The notes beneath the pieces are model-generated. The model had not been told where the DNA came from and made no database searches. It was given only the letters and a program-made list of their open reading frames with translations. Below, piece after piece: positions 18,401-27,879 of a stretch of DNA of 64,000 nucleotides (its first letter is position 1; each line of letters opens with the position of its first letter). The position numbers and the translations under genes are program-made. This DNA comes from Longimicrobiales bacterium (GTDB taxonomy: Bacteria; Gemmatimonadota; Gemmatimonadetes; Longimicrobiales; Gaopeijiaceae), in assembly GCA_965204735.1 (NCBI GenBank), contig OZ242008.1:1536001-1600000 (forward strand), given 5' to 3'.

Positions 18401-21400
18401 TGCGCTGTCGATCGGCTCGCCTCATGTGGGCGACACGTTCGAGCGGGGCGAGACGATCGAGGTGAAGGTCGCGTTCAACAAGGCGGTGGCGGTGACGGGT
18501 ACGCCGCAGCTGGCGCTGGGGATCGGGAGCGCGACGAAGCAGGCGAGCTACGCTGCTGGCACGGGCACGGACACGCTGGCGTTCCGGTACGTGGTGGTGA
18601 CTGCGGACGTGGACGCGGACGGGATCAGCATCGGCACGAGCGCGTTGGCGCTGAACGGCGGGACGATCCGGGTGTCGGGCGGTACGACGGACGCGGTGGT
18701 GAGCCTGCGCGATCACTACGTCACCAACAACGGGAACTACAAGGTTGCGGGCGGGACGTTCACGGCTGCGGCGGTGAGCGGGGTGACGATTTCGAGCGCT
18801 CCGTCGAGCGACAGCATCTACGGACGAACGGAGGTGATCGAGGTCGAGGTTGGGTTCACGCGCCCGGTGACGGTGACGGGCGGGCCGCAGCTGGCTTTGG
18901 GGATCGGGAGTCAGACGCGGCAGGCGGCGTACGCGAGCGGGAGCGGGACGGCGAAGCTGGTGTTCGGCTACACGGTGGTGGCGGCGGACGAGGACTCGAC
19001 GGGGATCAGCATCGGTGCGAGCGCGTTGGCGCTGAACGGCGGGACGATCGCCGACGCGCGCGACGGCACGACGGCGGCGGGCCTGGGACTGGGGAGCAAC
19101 GCGATTGCGAACGCGGCGGCGCACAAGGTGGACGGCAGCCGGGGGCCGCCGGGGGTGACCGGGCTGTCGATCAGTGCGCCGACGGTGGGCGACACCTTCG
19201 AGCGGGGCGAGACGATCGAGGTGTCGCTGGTGTTCAACCGGTCGGTGGACGTGACGGGCGCGCCGCGGTTGGCGCTGACGATCGGGAGCGCGACACGGCA
19301 GGCAGGCTACGCGAGCGGCACGGGCACGGACACGCTGGTGTTCCGTTACGTGGTGGCGAGCGGCGACGCGGACTCGGACGGGCTGAGCATCGCAGCGAGC
19401 GCGTTGGCGCTGAGCGGCGGTACGATCCGGGTTGCGGGCGGCACGCTGGACGCGACGCTGGGCCTGGGCGCGAGCGTGGTGACGAACAGCGCGGGCCACA
19501 AGGTTGCGGGCGGCACGTTCACGACGCCGGCGGTGAGCGCGGTGACGATATCGAGCACGCCGGCGAGCGCGAGCACGTACCAGCTGGGCGAGTCGATCGA
19601 GGTGAAGGTAGCGTTCGGCCGACCGGTGGCGGTGACGGGCTCGCCGCGTCTGGCGCTGACGATCGGGACGCAGACGCGGCAGGCGAGCTACGTGGCCGCT
19701 TCCAGCAAGGCGGACACGCTGGTGTTCGGCTACGCGATCCGTCCGGCGGACGCCGACACAGACGGGATCAGCATCGGCGCGAGCGCGTTGACGCTGAACG
19801 GCGGGGCGATAGCGGATGTGCGTCCAGGCGCGGCGGCCGCGACGGTGGGGCTGGGCACGAACGCCGTGACGAACGCTGCGGCGCACAAGGTGAACGGCAG
19901 CTTGGGGCCGCCGGGCGTGGTGGGGTTGTCGGTAGCTTCACCGCCGGTGGGTGCCACGTTCGAGCGGGGCGACACGGTGGTTGCGACAGTGACGTTCAAC
20001 AAGGCAGTGGACGTGACGGGCACGCCGCAACTGGCGTTGTCGATCGGTTCGCAGACGCGGCAGGCCGGCTACGCATCGGGGACGGGGACGACGGCGCTGG
20101 TGTTCCGGTACGTGGTGGTACAGGCGGATGCGGACACGGACGGGTTGGGCGTGGGCGCGAGCGCGTTGGCACTCAACGGCGGGACGATCGACGTGGCGGG
20201 CGGGACGACCGACGCTCTGCTGAGCCTGGTGCACCACGCGATCAGCAACGACGGTGCGCGCCGCGTGGCGGGCGGGACGTTCACGGCGGCGTCGGTGAGC
20301 GAGGTGTCGATCACGAGCAGCCCGGCGGGCGCGAGCACGTACGGGTTGAGCGAGCAGATCGAAGTGGAGGTGACGTTCAACCGCAACGTGACGGTGACGG
20401 GCGCGCCGCAGCTGGCGCTGACGATCGGGAGCCAGACCCGGCAGGCGGCGTACGTCTCGGTGGCTGCCGGGAAGCAGCTGACGTTCCGGTACGAGGTGGT
20501 GGCTGGGGATGCGGACGGGAACGGGCTGAGCATCGGCGCGAGCGCACTGGGGCTGAACGGCGGCGCGATTGCCGACGCCCGCGACGGCACGACGGCGGCG
20601 AGCCTGGGGCTGGGCAGCCACGCGATATCGAACGACGCGGCCCACAGGGTGGACGGTGCCCAGGGACCGCCGGGCGTGAGCGGTGTGTCGATCGCGTCGC
20701 CGCCGATCGGCGACACCTTCGAGCGTGGCGACACGATCATCGCGACGGTGACGTTCAACAAGGGTGTGGACGTGACGGGTACGCCGCAGCTGGCGCTGAC
20801 GATCGGCGCTGCGACGAAGCAGGCGAGCTACGCGAGCGGGACGGGTACGGCGTCTTTGGTGTTCCGGTACGTGGTGGTGACGGCGGACGCGGACGCGGAC
20901 GGGCTGAGCATCGGCGCGACCGCCTTGGCGCTCAACGGCGGAATGATCGACGTGGCGGGTGGCACGGTGGATGCAGTTCTGGGGCTGGGCGCCCATGCGG
21001 TGAGCAACAGCGCGGGCCACAAGGTCGCGGGCGCGACGTTCACGGCGGCGTCGGTGAGCGGCGTGTCGCTGACGAGTTCGCCGGCGGTGGCGACGACATA
21101 CGGTCGGGGCGAGCAGATCGAGGTGCAGGTGACGTTCAACCGTCGCGTGACGGTGACGGGGACGCCGCAGGTGGCGCTGACGGTGGGCGCGCAGACGCGG
21201 CAGGCGGGCTACTCGAGCGGGACGGGTACGCACACGCTGGCGTTTCGGTACACGGTGGTGCAGGCGGACGCGGACACCGACGGGATCGAAGTCGGCGCGA
21301 GCGCGCTGGCGCTGAACAGCGGCACGATCGCCGACGCCCGCAACGGCACGACGGCGGCGGCTCTGGGACTGGGCAGCCATGCGTTGAGTGCTGCTGCGGG

Positions 21401-24400
21401 CCACAAGGTGGACGGCACGCTGGCGGGCGCGTCGGTGACGGGCGTCGTAGTGTCGAGCACGCCGGAGAGCGGGGACACGTACGGCCTGGGCGAGCGGATC
21501 GAAGTGCAGGTGACGTTCGACCGTGCGGTGACGGTGACGGGCGCGCCGCAGCTGGCGCTGACGGTGGGCACGGCGACGCGTCAGGCGAGCTACGTCGGCG
21601 GCAGCGGCACGGCGACGCTGTCGTTCGCGTACCGCGTGCAGGGCGCGGGCAGTGGCGGCAGCGGGACGGGCGGCGTGGACGCCGACGCGGACGGCGTGGG
21701 CGTGGCGGCTGCGGCGCTGACGCTGAACGGCGCGACGATCGTGAACACGACGGACGGGGTTCGTCCGGCGGTTCTGGCGTTGGGCAGCCACGCGATCGCG
21801 GCGGCCGCGAACGACAAGGTGGACGGCACGGTGGAGGCGGTGCCGGTGGTGGTGGGGATGACGGTGACGAGCACGCCGGGCGCGAACGGGCTGTACGGTC
21901 CCCGGAGCGTGATCCGGGTGGCGGTGACGTTCAGCCGACCGGTGGAGGTGGCGGGGGCGCCGCAGCAGGCGGGCCACATGTCGGCTGCGACGGCTCCGGT
22001 GCGGCTGGCGATCGAGATCGGGACGGCGGTGCGTCACGCGAGCTACGTGTCGGGCTCGGGCACGCCGGTGCTGGTGTTCGAGTACGTGGTGCAGCCTGCG
22101 GATCGCGACGAAGACGGGATCAGCATCCCTGCCGACGCGCTGACTGCGACAGGCGGCGCGCTGCGGATCGCGGGCGGCACGACGGCGGCGGCGCTGGACT
22201 TGAGCGGCCACGCGGTGGAGAACGTCGAAGAGCACCAGGTGAACGGGGCTGGAGGCACGGACCCGGTGTTCGGTCGCGCGGAGTACGAGTTCAAGCTGAC
22301 GGAGGACGAGTCGGGGCCGGTGGTGGTGGGGACGGTGAGCGCGACGGACCCCTTCGGCGGCGAGGTGACGTACTCGCTGGCGGCGGGCGACGAGGGGCTC
22401 TTCGAGGTGGACGCTCGCACCGGCGAGGTGCGGTACGTGGGGACGGGCGAGGACGCGGAGTCGCGTTCGGAGTTCGTGATGATCGTGCGCGCGACGGCGG
22501 ACGACGGTGAGCGGACGGGGGACGCGACGGTGACGGTGCGGCTGGTGAACGTGAACGACGCGCCGGTGTTCACTGCCGAGCGCTACGCCTTCGCCATGGC
22601 CGAGAACGCTGCCGGGCCGCTGGCGCTGGGCGTGGCGGAGGCGGTGGACCTGGACGAGGGGGACACGCTGACGTACCGACTGGCGACGGGCGACGCCGAT
22701 CGCTTCGCGGTGGACGGCGCGACGGGCGAGGTGCGGTACGTGGGCGGCGGCGAGAACTACGAGGGCGCGGGACCGAAGTCGTGGGAGCTGGAAGTCACGG
22801 CGACGGACTTGTCGGGGCTGACCGCCGAAGCGGTCGTGGCGGTGGAGTTGACGAACGTGAACGAAGGACCAGCGTTCGCCGACTCTGCGTACGCCTTCGA
22901 TCTGGCGGAGAACGCTCGGGGACCGCTGCTGCTGGGCGAGGTGCGGGCGACGGACCCGGACGGCGGCGACTGGCTGTCGTACGCGCTGACGGCGGGCGAC
23001 GCGGAGCGGTTCAAGGTGAACGCGACGAGCGGTGCCGTGCGGTACGTGGGGTCCGGCGAGGATGCGGAGACGGGTCCGGGCAGCTGGGAGCTGGAGGTGA
23101 CGGCGACGGACCGAGGTGGCTTGGTTGCGCGGACGCGAGTGGTGGTGACCCTCAAGGACCGGAACGAAGGCCCGGTGTTCGTGGAGCCGATCTGGGAGTG
23201 GGAGTTGGCGGAGCATGTGGCGGGCCCGGTGGAGCTGGGCGCGGTCGAGGCGACGGATGTGGACGCGGGCGACACGCTGCGCTACAGCTTGAGCGGCGCG
23301 GGCGCGGCGTTGTTCGACGTGGGCGAGTCGAGCGGCGTGGTGCGGTACGTGGGCGGCGGCGAGGACGCGGAGACGGGTCCTGAGGGCTGGGAGTTCGAGG
23401 TGGTGGCGACGGACCGTGCGGGGTTGGCGGCGGTGGCGAAGGTGAGGGTGGTGCTGCTGGACGTGAACGAGGCGCCGGCGTTCGTGGACTCCGCGTACGC
23501 GTTCGAGTTGGCGGAGAACGTGCGCGGGCCTCGGGAGCTGGGACGGGTCGAGGCGACGGACCCGGACCGCGACGACGCGCTGACGTACAGCTTGGCGCAG
23601 GGCGATCGTGGCCGCTTCGATGTGGACGGCGCGAGCGGTGCGGTGCGCTACGTGGGCGCCGGCGAGGACTACGAGGACGGTCCGCCGGAGTTCGCGCTGA
23701 CGGTGCGCGTCACGGACGCGGGCGGACTGACGGCCGAGGCGGCGGTCGTGGTGACGTTGCTGGACGTGAACGAGGGGCCGGAGACGGTGGGTTCGCTGTC
23801 GCCGCCGGTTCTGGAGGTGGGCGGCGCGCCGTGGGAGGTGGGTCTGGGCGAGTACTTCCGGGACCCGGACGGCGACGCGCTGAGCTACGTGGTGGTGTCG
23901 TCGTCGCCGAGCGTGGCGGCCGCGTCGGTGGCGGGCGCGGGGCGGCTGTCTGTGTCGCCGCGGGAGATCGGCGCGTCGGTGGTGACGGTGACGGCGACCG
24001 ATGCGGGCGGGCTGACGGCGACGCAGCAGGCGAGCGTGACGGTGTCGGCGTCGCGTTCGGATCGGGCGCGTGCGCTGAAGCTGACGCTGGCGGCGTTCGG
24101 TCGGTCGCTGGGAACGGAGACGGTGGACGCGATCGGCGGTCGGTTGGGTCTGGAGTCGTCGGGTCCGCCGGGCGGCTCGCACGTGCAGCTGGGCGGGCGC
24201 TCGCTGAGCTGCGTCGCGTTCGGCGGCGGCCGTGGCTCGGGCGTCGCGTCCAGCGGCACGGCCTCGGCCCACGCTGGCCCGGACGAAGGCGGCGCGGGCT
24301 TGGGCGGGGGCGTCTCGGGCGGTCGTTGCGGCCTCGAGTCGCTGGTGCGGGACGCAACGGGCCTACTCGGGTTCCAGATCACGCATCCGGGCACCGGGTC

Positions 24401-26039
24401 GGGACCCGGCGGCGGCACCCCGGGCGGAACGCTGGACTTGGCCGCCATCTTCTTCGGCGACGGCGCGACGGGCTTGGGCGGCGCTCCGAGCGGTGCCCTC
24501 GGCATGGGCGGCTCGTACCAGGGCCAGCGGGAAGAGGACGCGGGCCGCGCCGAGCGCACGCGCGGCGGCATCGCCTTCAGCCCGCTGACAGGCCGCGACC
24601 TCCGCTCCCGGAGCTCGTTCCAGCTCTCCTTCGGCGGCGGCTCGCCCGACGGCCAGGGCGGCACCGACGCCGATGCCGCCAGCTCCGCCAGCGGCTCGCC
24701 CGACGCATCCCCGGCGCAGACGGCTTCCCAGGCCGGCTGGACGCTGTGGGGCCAGGCCAACGTGGGCGAGTTCGAGGGCCGTCCCGAAGACGACTTCGCC
24801 ATGGACGGTCGCACCCGCTCGGCGTACGTGGGCCTGGACTACCGCTTCGGCTCGGGCTTCCTGATGGGCCTGGCCGGCTCGCGCAGCGACGTGGCGGCGA
24901 ACTACGAGAGCGGGATCAACGGCGTGGGCAAGACGAAGGCCCACCTGACCAGCCTCTACCCCTACCTGAGCTGGTCGTCGCAGGGCGGCTTCGGGATATG
25001 GGGCTTGGCGGGCGCGGGGATGGGCGCCGCCAACGTGGGCGAGCAGGGTCCCACCTACGACGCCGACCTGCGGATGCGGATGGGCGCGCTGGGCGTGCGC
25101 CAGAAGCTGGTGGGCGGCTTGGCGCTGAAGGCCGACGCCTTCGCGGTGCGGATGATGACGGACGCGTCGAACGGACATGTGGCTGCCGTGACGGCCGACG
25201 CGCAGCGTGTGCGGCTGGCGCCCGAGCTGGGCGGCCAATGGTCCGGCGGCAGCATCGCGATGCGGACGCGCATCGAGGTGGGCGGTCGCTACGACCGGGG
25301 CGACGCGGAGACGGGAATGGGCGCCGAAGCGGGCGCCGAGCTGGGCTTCACGCACGCGGGCAGCGGCTTGAGCCTGGACGCCCGTGGTCGGATGCTGCTG
25401 ATCCACCAGGACCGACACTTCAAGGATTGGGGCGCGGCGGTGGCGCTGCGTATCCAGCCGCGCTCGGAGGCGGGCGGACTGTCGTTCTCGCTGGAGCCGT
25501 CGTGGGGCAACGCCTCGGGCGGCGCGCAGACGCTGTGGCAAGGCGGCGACGACGTGTGGCGGACCGCGGGCGTGCCGGGACTGGGCGCGGCGACGCCGGC
25601 GGTGCAGCGCGGCGGCGTGCCAGCCAGCGGCGGTCCCACCGGCCACGGCGGTCCCACTGGCCCAGGCGACCCCACTGGCCAAGGCGGTCCCACGAGCCCC
25701 GGCGCCGGCCCGGCCCACGGCTTCCCATCCGCCCACGGTTTCGGAGCGACTCAGGCCACGCGAGGCTGGGCGCCGGACCGCCTGGCGATGGAGGTGGGCT
25801 ACGGCGTGGCGCTGCCCGGCGGCAGCCGGATCAAGCCGTTCGGCCGCTGGAGCCGCGAGGGCGCGGCCGGCTACCGCCTGAACGTGGGGACCCAGTGGGC
25901 GATGCTGGGCGGCGAGACCGCCGAGCAGCAGGCCTCCGGCCTCCGCCTGGTGATGGACTTCTTCGGCGAGCAGGCGACCGACGGCTTCCAGCCCCCGGAC
26001 CGCCGCGTCGGAATCGCCGGCACAATCACCTTCAGGTAG
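12483..26039 (+). CDS. Giant repetitive surface adhesin / autotransporter-like protein 2: about 25 Ig-like repeats, 5 cadherin plus 1 cadherin-like domain, beta-barrel. Start uncertain (12483 or 12564)
   Basis: 4518-aa ORF. Signal-peptide-like MPPALARTTLAALGLLAAAFG...LGAQ from 12564. Same repeat, cadherin and barrel architecture as adhesin 1; ends GTITFR. Confidence 0.85.
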   Translation: MPADGRRYWPPPPPLVVGLARAFQAYAMPPALARTTLAALGLLAAAFGTTGAPTPLGAQTAPAVDSVYIVSTPAAAASTYGTTEQIRVTVTFDQNIDMAGTAPYLNLTIGANTRQATRCATLDDGASFCYTVVAADNDSDGISIGASALVLPSGGTITAQGTTTNANLSLGTHAVSNDAGHKVNGTLITPTVTGVVWQSSPGPDSTYVLGDVVIIRVYWDQPVNWPAYLHQMNFDFQIGEHSRRVTWYTRTADHRDLAFRYTITANDFDADGISLPADGIVLDLATPPTPWPTRVGGTARVDVSLGAHAVMNAAGHKVDGRVPSVVRTSITSDAGTDSTYVRGDVIDIGVVFSENVDVTGTPQLALTVGAATRQANYVSGTGSDSLTFRYSVLSGDADSTGISYAAAALTLNGGTINKANQTVAAALGLGSAVVTNAADHKVDGTTGPPVVTGVSITSDAGTDSIYASGDTIEAVVVFNENVTVTGTPQLALTIGSQTRQANYVSGSGNDSLTFTYVAATGDLDEDGVSIGSNALTLNGGTIKRGTTVDAALSLIGREVANALAHRVVVVTSLAHVTGTSIISDPGTDSTYAPGDTIEVLVVFNENVDVTGTPQLALEIGAATRQANYASGTGNDSLTFRYVVVPSDTDTTGISYSWNALTLNGGTIKRAGATADAYLGFRTHVVTDDRAHRVFYVISTVTGLSVNSAGPDSTFVRGDTVKVTLSFTDTVVVTGTPRVRIWLGATHGWATYHSGSGTSELEFRYVVQSGIDDKNGVGILADAVDLNGGTIRDANEVNVNPRIDASLTIVDDPRWKVAGLTRVTSVSVGRPPTGDVFERGDTIVVTVVYSDSVDVTGVPTAWLKLTSAAYRPALYASGTGTDTLEFRYVVEAGDHDNDGLSLYGTAIQLTGGSTIREAGTTTSAFHDTPWPYLGQDAIANSAGHKVAGAARIASVSVGSPPVGDTFERGDTIKVTLVYTDSVDVTGVPTVWVTIGANPWAGATYASGSGTDSLEFHYVVQSGDADADGISMVGNALQWTGGSTIREAGTSTNTFSETPWRGPGSGGYAITNSAGHKVAGGTFTASSVSGVAITSTPSSDSTYGRTERIEVEVSFSRTVTVTGTPQLALSIDTLTRQAAYASGTGTKTLTFGYVVAAADADSTGISIGASALTLNSGAINDARDSTMAASLGLGTNAIANAAAHKVNGNLGPPGVTGLSISAPTVGDTFERGETIEMSLVFNRAVAVTGTPQLALGIGAATKQASYASGTGTTTLVFRYVVVAADADADGLSIGASALALNGGTIRLAGGALDATLGLGASAVTNSGGHKVAGGTFTTPSVSAVTVSSAPAADSTYKLGESIEVKVAFDRPVAVTGSPRLALTIGTVTRQASYDSASSKVDTLVFGYGVRPADTDTDGISIGASALALNGGTINDVRPGAASAALGLGSSAVTNAAAHKVDGLQGPPGVTNLTVASPPVGTTFERGDTIVATVRFNKSVDVTGTPQLALGIGSQTRQAAYASGTGSSALVFRYVVVAADVDPDGLSVGANALTLNGGTIDVAGGTTDALLSLEHQAFSNFLVVNGGAFTAATVAGVTISSAPASDSTYGRTERIEVEVSFNRRVAVTDTPQVALTIGTQTRQAEYASGTGTKTLTFGYTVVAADSDANGISLGASALALNGGTISDARDATMAAGLGLGSYAIANAAAHKVDGNLGPPGVTGLVVASPPVGDTFERGDVIAATLTFNRAVDVTGTPQLALGIGTQTRQAAYASGTGTTALVFQYTVVTADVDADGLSVGTSALGLNSGTIRLSGGTLDATLGLGTHAVSNSTGHKVAGGTFTASSVSGVTISSSPSSGDTYGLGEEIEVEVAFARPVNVTGAPQLALTVGAVTRQAEYASGTGTKTLTFGYEVAAADADADGIGVGASALALNSGTINDARLTGATAASLGLGSSAIANAASHKVDGALGPPGVSALSIGSPHVGDTFERGETIEVKVAFNKAVAVTGTPQLALGIGSATKQASYAAGTGTDTLAFRYVVVTADVDADGISIGTSALALNGGTIRVSGGTTDAVVSLRDHYVTNNGNYKVAGGTFTAAAVSGVTISSAPSSDSIYGRTEVIEVEVGFTRPVTVTGGPQLALGIGSQTRQAAYASGSGTAKLVFGYTVVAADEDSTGISIGASALALNGGTIADARDGTTAAGLGLGSNAIANAAAHKVDGSRGPPGVTGLSISAPTVGDTFERGETIEVSLVFNRSVDVTGAPRLALTIGSATRQAGYASGTGTDTLVFRYVVASGDADSDGLSIAASALALSGGTIRVAGGTLDATLGLGASVVTNSAGHKVAGGTFTTPAVSAVTISSTPASASTYQLGESIEVKVAFGRPVAVTGSPRLALTIGTQTRQASYVAASSKADTLVFGYAIRPADADTDGISIGASALTLNGGAIADVRPGAAAATVGLGTNAVTNAAAHKVNGSLGPPGVVGLSVASPPVGATFERGDTVVATVTFNKAVDVTGTPQLALSIGSQTRQAGYASGTGTTALVFRYVVVQADADTDGLGVGASALALNGGTIDVAGGTTDALLSLVHHAISNDGARRVAGGTFTAASVSEVSITSSPAGASTYGLSEQIEVEVTFNRNVTVTGAPQLALTIGSQTRQAAYVSVAAGKQLTFRYEVVAGDADGNGLSIGASALGLNGGAIADARDGTTAASLGLGSHAISNDAAHRVDGAQGPPGVSGVSIASPPIGDTFERGDTIIATVTFNKGVDVTGTPQLALTIGAATKQASYASGTGTASLVFRYVVVTADADADGLSIGATALALNGGMIDVAGGTVDAVLGLGAHAVSNSAGHKVAGATFTAASVSGVSLTSSPAVATTYGRGEQIEVQVTFNRRVTVTGTPQVALTVGAQTRQAGYSSGTGTHTLAFRYTVVQADADTDGIEVGASALALNSGTIADARNGTTAAALGLGSHALSAAAGHKVDGTLAGASVTGVVVSSTPESGDTYGLGERIEVQVTFDRAVTVTGAPQLALTVGTATRQASYVGGSGTATLSFAYRVQGAGSGGSGTGGVDADADGVGVAAAALTLNGATIVNTTDGVRPAVLALGSHAIAAAANDKVDGTVEAVPVVVGMTVTSTPGANGLYGPRSVIRVAVTFSRPVEVAGAPQQAGHMSAATAPVRLAIEIGTAVRHASYVSGSGTPVLVFEYVVQPADRDEDGISIPADALTATGGALRIAGGTTAAALDLSGHAVENVEEHQVNGAGGTDPVFGRAEYEFKLTEDESGPVVVGTVSATDPFGGEVTYSLAAGDEGLFEVDARTGEVRYVGTGEDAESRSEFVMIVRATADDGERTGDATVTVRLVNVNDAPVFTAERYAFAMAENAAGPLALGVAEAVDLDEGDTLTYRLATGDADRFAVDGATGEVRYVGGGENYEGAGPKSWELEVTATDLSGLTAEAVVAVELTNVNEGPAFADSAYAFDLAENARGPLLLGEVRATDPDGGDWLSYALTAGDAERFKVNATSGAVRYVGSGEDAETGPGSWELEVTATDRGGLVARTRVVVTLKDRNEGPVFVEPIWEWELAEHVAGPVELGAVEATDVDAGDTLRYSLSGAGAALFDVGESSGVVRYVGGGEDAETGPEGWEFEVVATDRAGLAAVAKVRVVLLDVNEAPAFVDSAYAFELAENVRGPRELGRVEATDPDRDDALTYSLAQGDRGRFDVDGASGAVRYVGAGEDYEDGPPEFALTVRVTDAGGLTAEAAVVVTLLDVNEGPETVGSLSPPVLEVGGAPWEVGLGEYFRDPDGDALSYVVVSSSPSVAAASVAGAGRLSVSPREIGASVVTVTATDAGGLTATQQASVTVSASRSDRARALKLTLAAFGRSLGTETVDAIGGRLGLESSGPPGGSHVQLGGRSLSCVAFGGGRGSGVASSGTASAHAGPDEGGAGLGGGVSGGRCGLESLVRDATGLLGFQITHPGTGSGPGGGTPGGTLDLAAIFFGDGATGLGGAPSGALGMGGSYQGQREEDAGRAERTRGGIAFSPLTGRDLRSRSSFQLSFGGGSPDGQGGTDADAASSASGSPDASPAQTASQAGWTLWGQANVGEFEGRPEDDFAMDGRTRSAYVGLDYRFGSGFLMGLAGSRSDVAANYESGINGVGKTKAHLTSLYPYLSWSSQGGFGIWGLAGAGMGAANVGEQGPTYDADLRMRMGALGVRQKLVGGLALKADAFAVRMMTDASNGHVAAVTADAQRVRLAPELGGQWSGGSIAMRTRIEVGGRYDRGDAETGMGAEAGAELGFTHAGSGLSLDARGRMLLIHQDRHFKDWGAAVALRIQPRSEAGGLSFSLEPSWGNASGGAQTLWQGGDDVWRTAGVPGLGAATPAVQRGGVPASGGPTGHGGPTGPGDPTGQGGPTSPGAGPAHGFPSAHGFGATQATRGWAPDRLAMEVGYGVALPGGSRIKPFGRWSREGAAGYRLNVGTQWAMLGGETAEQQASGLRLVMDFFGEQATDGFQPPDRRVGIAGTITFR
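12510..12525 (+). repeat. Poly-C homopolymer (C16) in the 5' leader of adhesin 2
   Basis: 16 consecutive C read directly. Confidence 0.9.
15738..26039 (+). repeat. Second copy of a ~10.3-kb duplicated block (first copy 1168-11538)
   Basis: Colinear, highly similar repeat units, cadherin domains and barrel in both adhesins; offset about 14.5 kb. Confidence 0.9.
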
Positions 26040-26141
26040 GCTTCAGTCTGATCCGGCAGGCGTGAAGCACGCTGGCCGGGGCGTCCAAGGAATCGGTCGG
26101 CCCCTAGGCCGGGTGGCGGGTCGTTAAGGCCGTCGTTCCGC

Positions 26142-26171
26142 TTGCGTCCCCTTCGTCCTCCGCCGTATGGT
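26142..26171 (+). promoter_or_regulatory. Putative sigma70 promoter of the rny operon
   Basis: TTGCGT-N18-TATGGT upstream of rny; 8-bp hairpin GGCCGGTC/GACCGGCC (26240-26260) just before the GGAGAG RBS. Confidence 0.4.
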
Positions 26172-26272
26172 GTAGCCACTCTGGTGACCCTTGTCGCAAG
26201 CCGCTGGCGTGCGCGCGGGGTTCCGTCGTCGATTCACGGGGCCGGTCCGCGAGACCGGCCTGGAGAGAATAC

Positions 26273-27841
26273 ATGGACCCGCTGGGTTGGGCCCTGGCGG
26301 TGGGGGCGCTCTTCGCCGGGGTATTGGGATACCTCCTGGGGAAGGGCCGCGAGCGTCGCCGACACGGCGTTCGCAGGGCCGCGGCCCAGGACGAAGCCTC
26401 GCGCATCCGCAAGCGCGCCGAGGAAGAGGCCGAGAGCTTGCGCCGAGCGGCGGAGCTGGGGGCCAGAGAGGACGCGCTCCGCCTCAAGGAGACGTGGGAA
26501 GCCGAAGAGAGCCGTCGCCGGGAAGAGGTCGAAAGAGGCGAGAATCGGCTGGCCGAGCGAGCCGGGACGGCAGACCGCAGATCCGAGCAGCTGGACCGGC
26601 GCGAGGCTGGCCTCGAGGAGCGGATCAGGGGGATCGAGGAGAAGGAGCGCGAGTCCGACCGTCGCCGGAGCGAGTCCGACCTGCTGCTGGCGGACCTTCG
26701 CAAGCGGCTGGAAGTCGCGTCTGGCCTGTCGGCGGAGGACGCCAAGGCGGAGCTGATCGCGGGCCTGGAGGACGAAGCTCGGGCCGGGGCGGCGAACACC
26801 GTCCGCGCGATCAAGGAAGAAGCCCAGCGCACCGCCGACCACGAGGCGAAGCGCTTGGTCGCCATGGCGGTTCAGCGCATGGCCGCCGACGAGACTCCCC
26901 AGCTCACCGTCTCGGTGGTGCAGCTCCCTTCCGACGAGATGAAGGGACGGATCATCGGCCGGGAAGGGCGCAACATCCGGGCCTTCGAGCAGGCGACCGG
27001 CATCGACGTGGTCATCGACGACACGCCCGAGGCGGTGGTGCTCTCCGGCTACGATCCGGTCCGTCGCGAGATCGCCCGTTCCGCCCTGGCCAAGCTCGTG
27101 GAAGACGGTCGCATCCACCCCGCGCGCATCGAGGAAGCGGTCGCCGGGAGCCGAAGGGAAGTCCACGACGAGATGCGCGCGGCCGCCGAAGAGGCGCTCT
27201 ACGCGCTGGGCGTGCACGGGGTCCACAGCGAAGTGGTCAAGGTGCTGGGACGGCTGAAGTACCGGACTTCCTTCGGCCAGAACCAGCTTGCCCACTCCCG
27301 CGAGGTGGCCCAGCTGGCCGGGAGCTTGGCCGAGGAGATGGGACTGGACGCCAAGATGGCGCGCAGGGCGGGCATCCTGCACGACGTGGGCAAGGGGATG
27401 TCCCACGACCTGGAGGGCACCCACGTCGAGCTGGGCTACCGGCTCTGCAAGCGCCACGGCGAGCCCGACGTGGTGCTCAACGCCATCCAGGCCCACCACG
27501 ACGACGCGCCCCACGAGTACGCCGAGGCGTGGCTGGTGACGGCCGCCGACGCCATCAGCGGCTCCCGGCCCGGCGCCCGTCGCGAGATGTTCGAAGGCTA
27601 CGTCAAGCGTCTCGAGAGGCTGGAAGAGATCGCCGTCGGCGAGCCCGGAGTGGACCGCTGCTTCGCCATCCAGGCCGGCCGCGAGCTCCGGGTCATGGTC
27701 CGTCCCGAGAAGGTGTCCGACGACGACATGGCCCGCATCTCCGAGTCGGTGGCCCGCAAGATCGAGACCGAAGTCCAGTACCCGGGCCAGATCAAGGTCG
27801 TCGTGATCCGCGAGACCCGCGCCGTGGACTTCGCCCGCTAG
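26273..27841 (+). CDS. rny: Ribonuclease Y
   Basis: N-terminal TM helix, coiled coil, KH domain ([15 protein letters not shown]), HD domain (LHDVGK), C-terminal [10 protein letters not shown]. Confidence 0.97.
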   Translation: MDPLGWALAVGALFAGVLGYLLGKGRERRRHGVRRAAAQDEASRIRKRAEEEAESLRRAAELGAREDALRLKETWEAEESRRREEVERGENRLAERAGTADRRSEQLDRREAGLEERIRGIEEKERESDRRRSESDLLLADLRKRLEVASGLSAEDAKAELIAGLEDEARAGAANTVRAIKEEAQRTADHEAKRLVAMAVQRMAADETPQLTVSVVQLPSDEMKGRIIGREGRNIRAFEQATGIDVVIDDTPEAVVLSGYDPVRREIARSALAKLVEDGRIHPARIEEAVAGSRREVHDEMRAAAEEALYALGVHGVHSEVVKVLGRLKYRTSFGQNQLAHSREVAQLAGSLAEEMGLDAKMARRAGILHDVGKGMSHDLEGTHVELGYRLCKRHGEPDVVLNAIQAHHDDAPHEYAEAWLVTAADAISGSRPGARREMFEGYVKRLERLEEIAVGEPGVDRCFAIQAGRELRVMVRPEKVSDDDMARISESVARKIETEVQYPGQIKVVVIRETRAVDFAR

Positions 27842-27879
27842 CCCTCTTTCCCCCACCACCAAGGACGCGAACCTCCCTT

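Noticed and set aside
147..26065. Many long alternate-frame and antisense ORFs over the adhesins (e.g. 147..3464 +, 19938..24272 -)
   Set aside because: Shadow ORFs expected from high GC and repetitive codon use; they are Arg/Gly-rich with no motifs.
26040..26272. Possible 6S RNA upstream of rny
   Set aside because: I could not fold a long rod with a central bubble; the region is explained by a promoter and leader. An Rfam scan would settle it.
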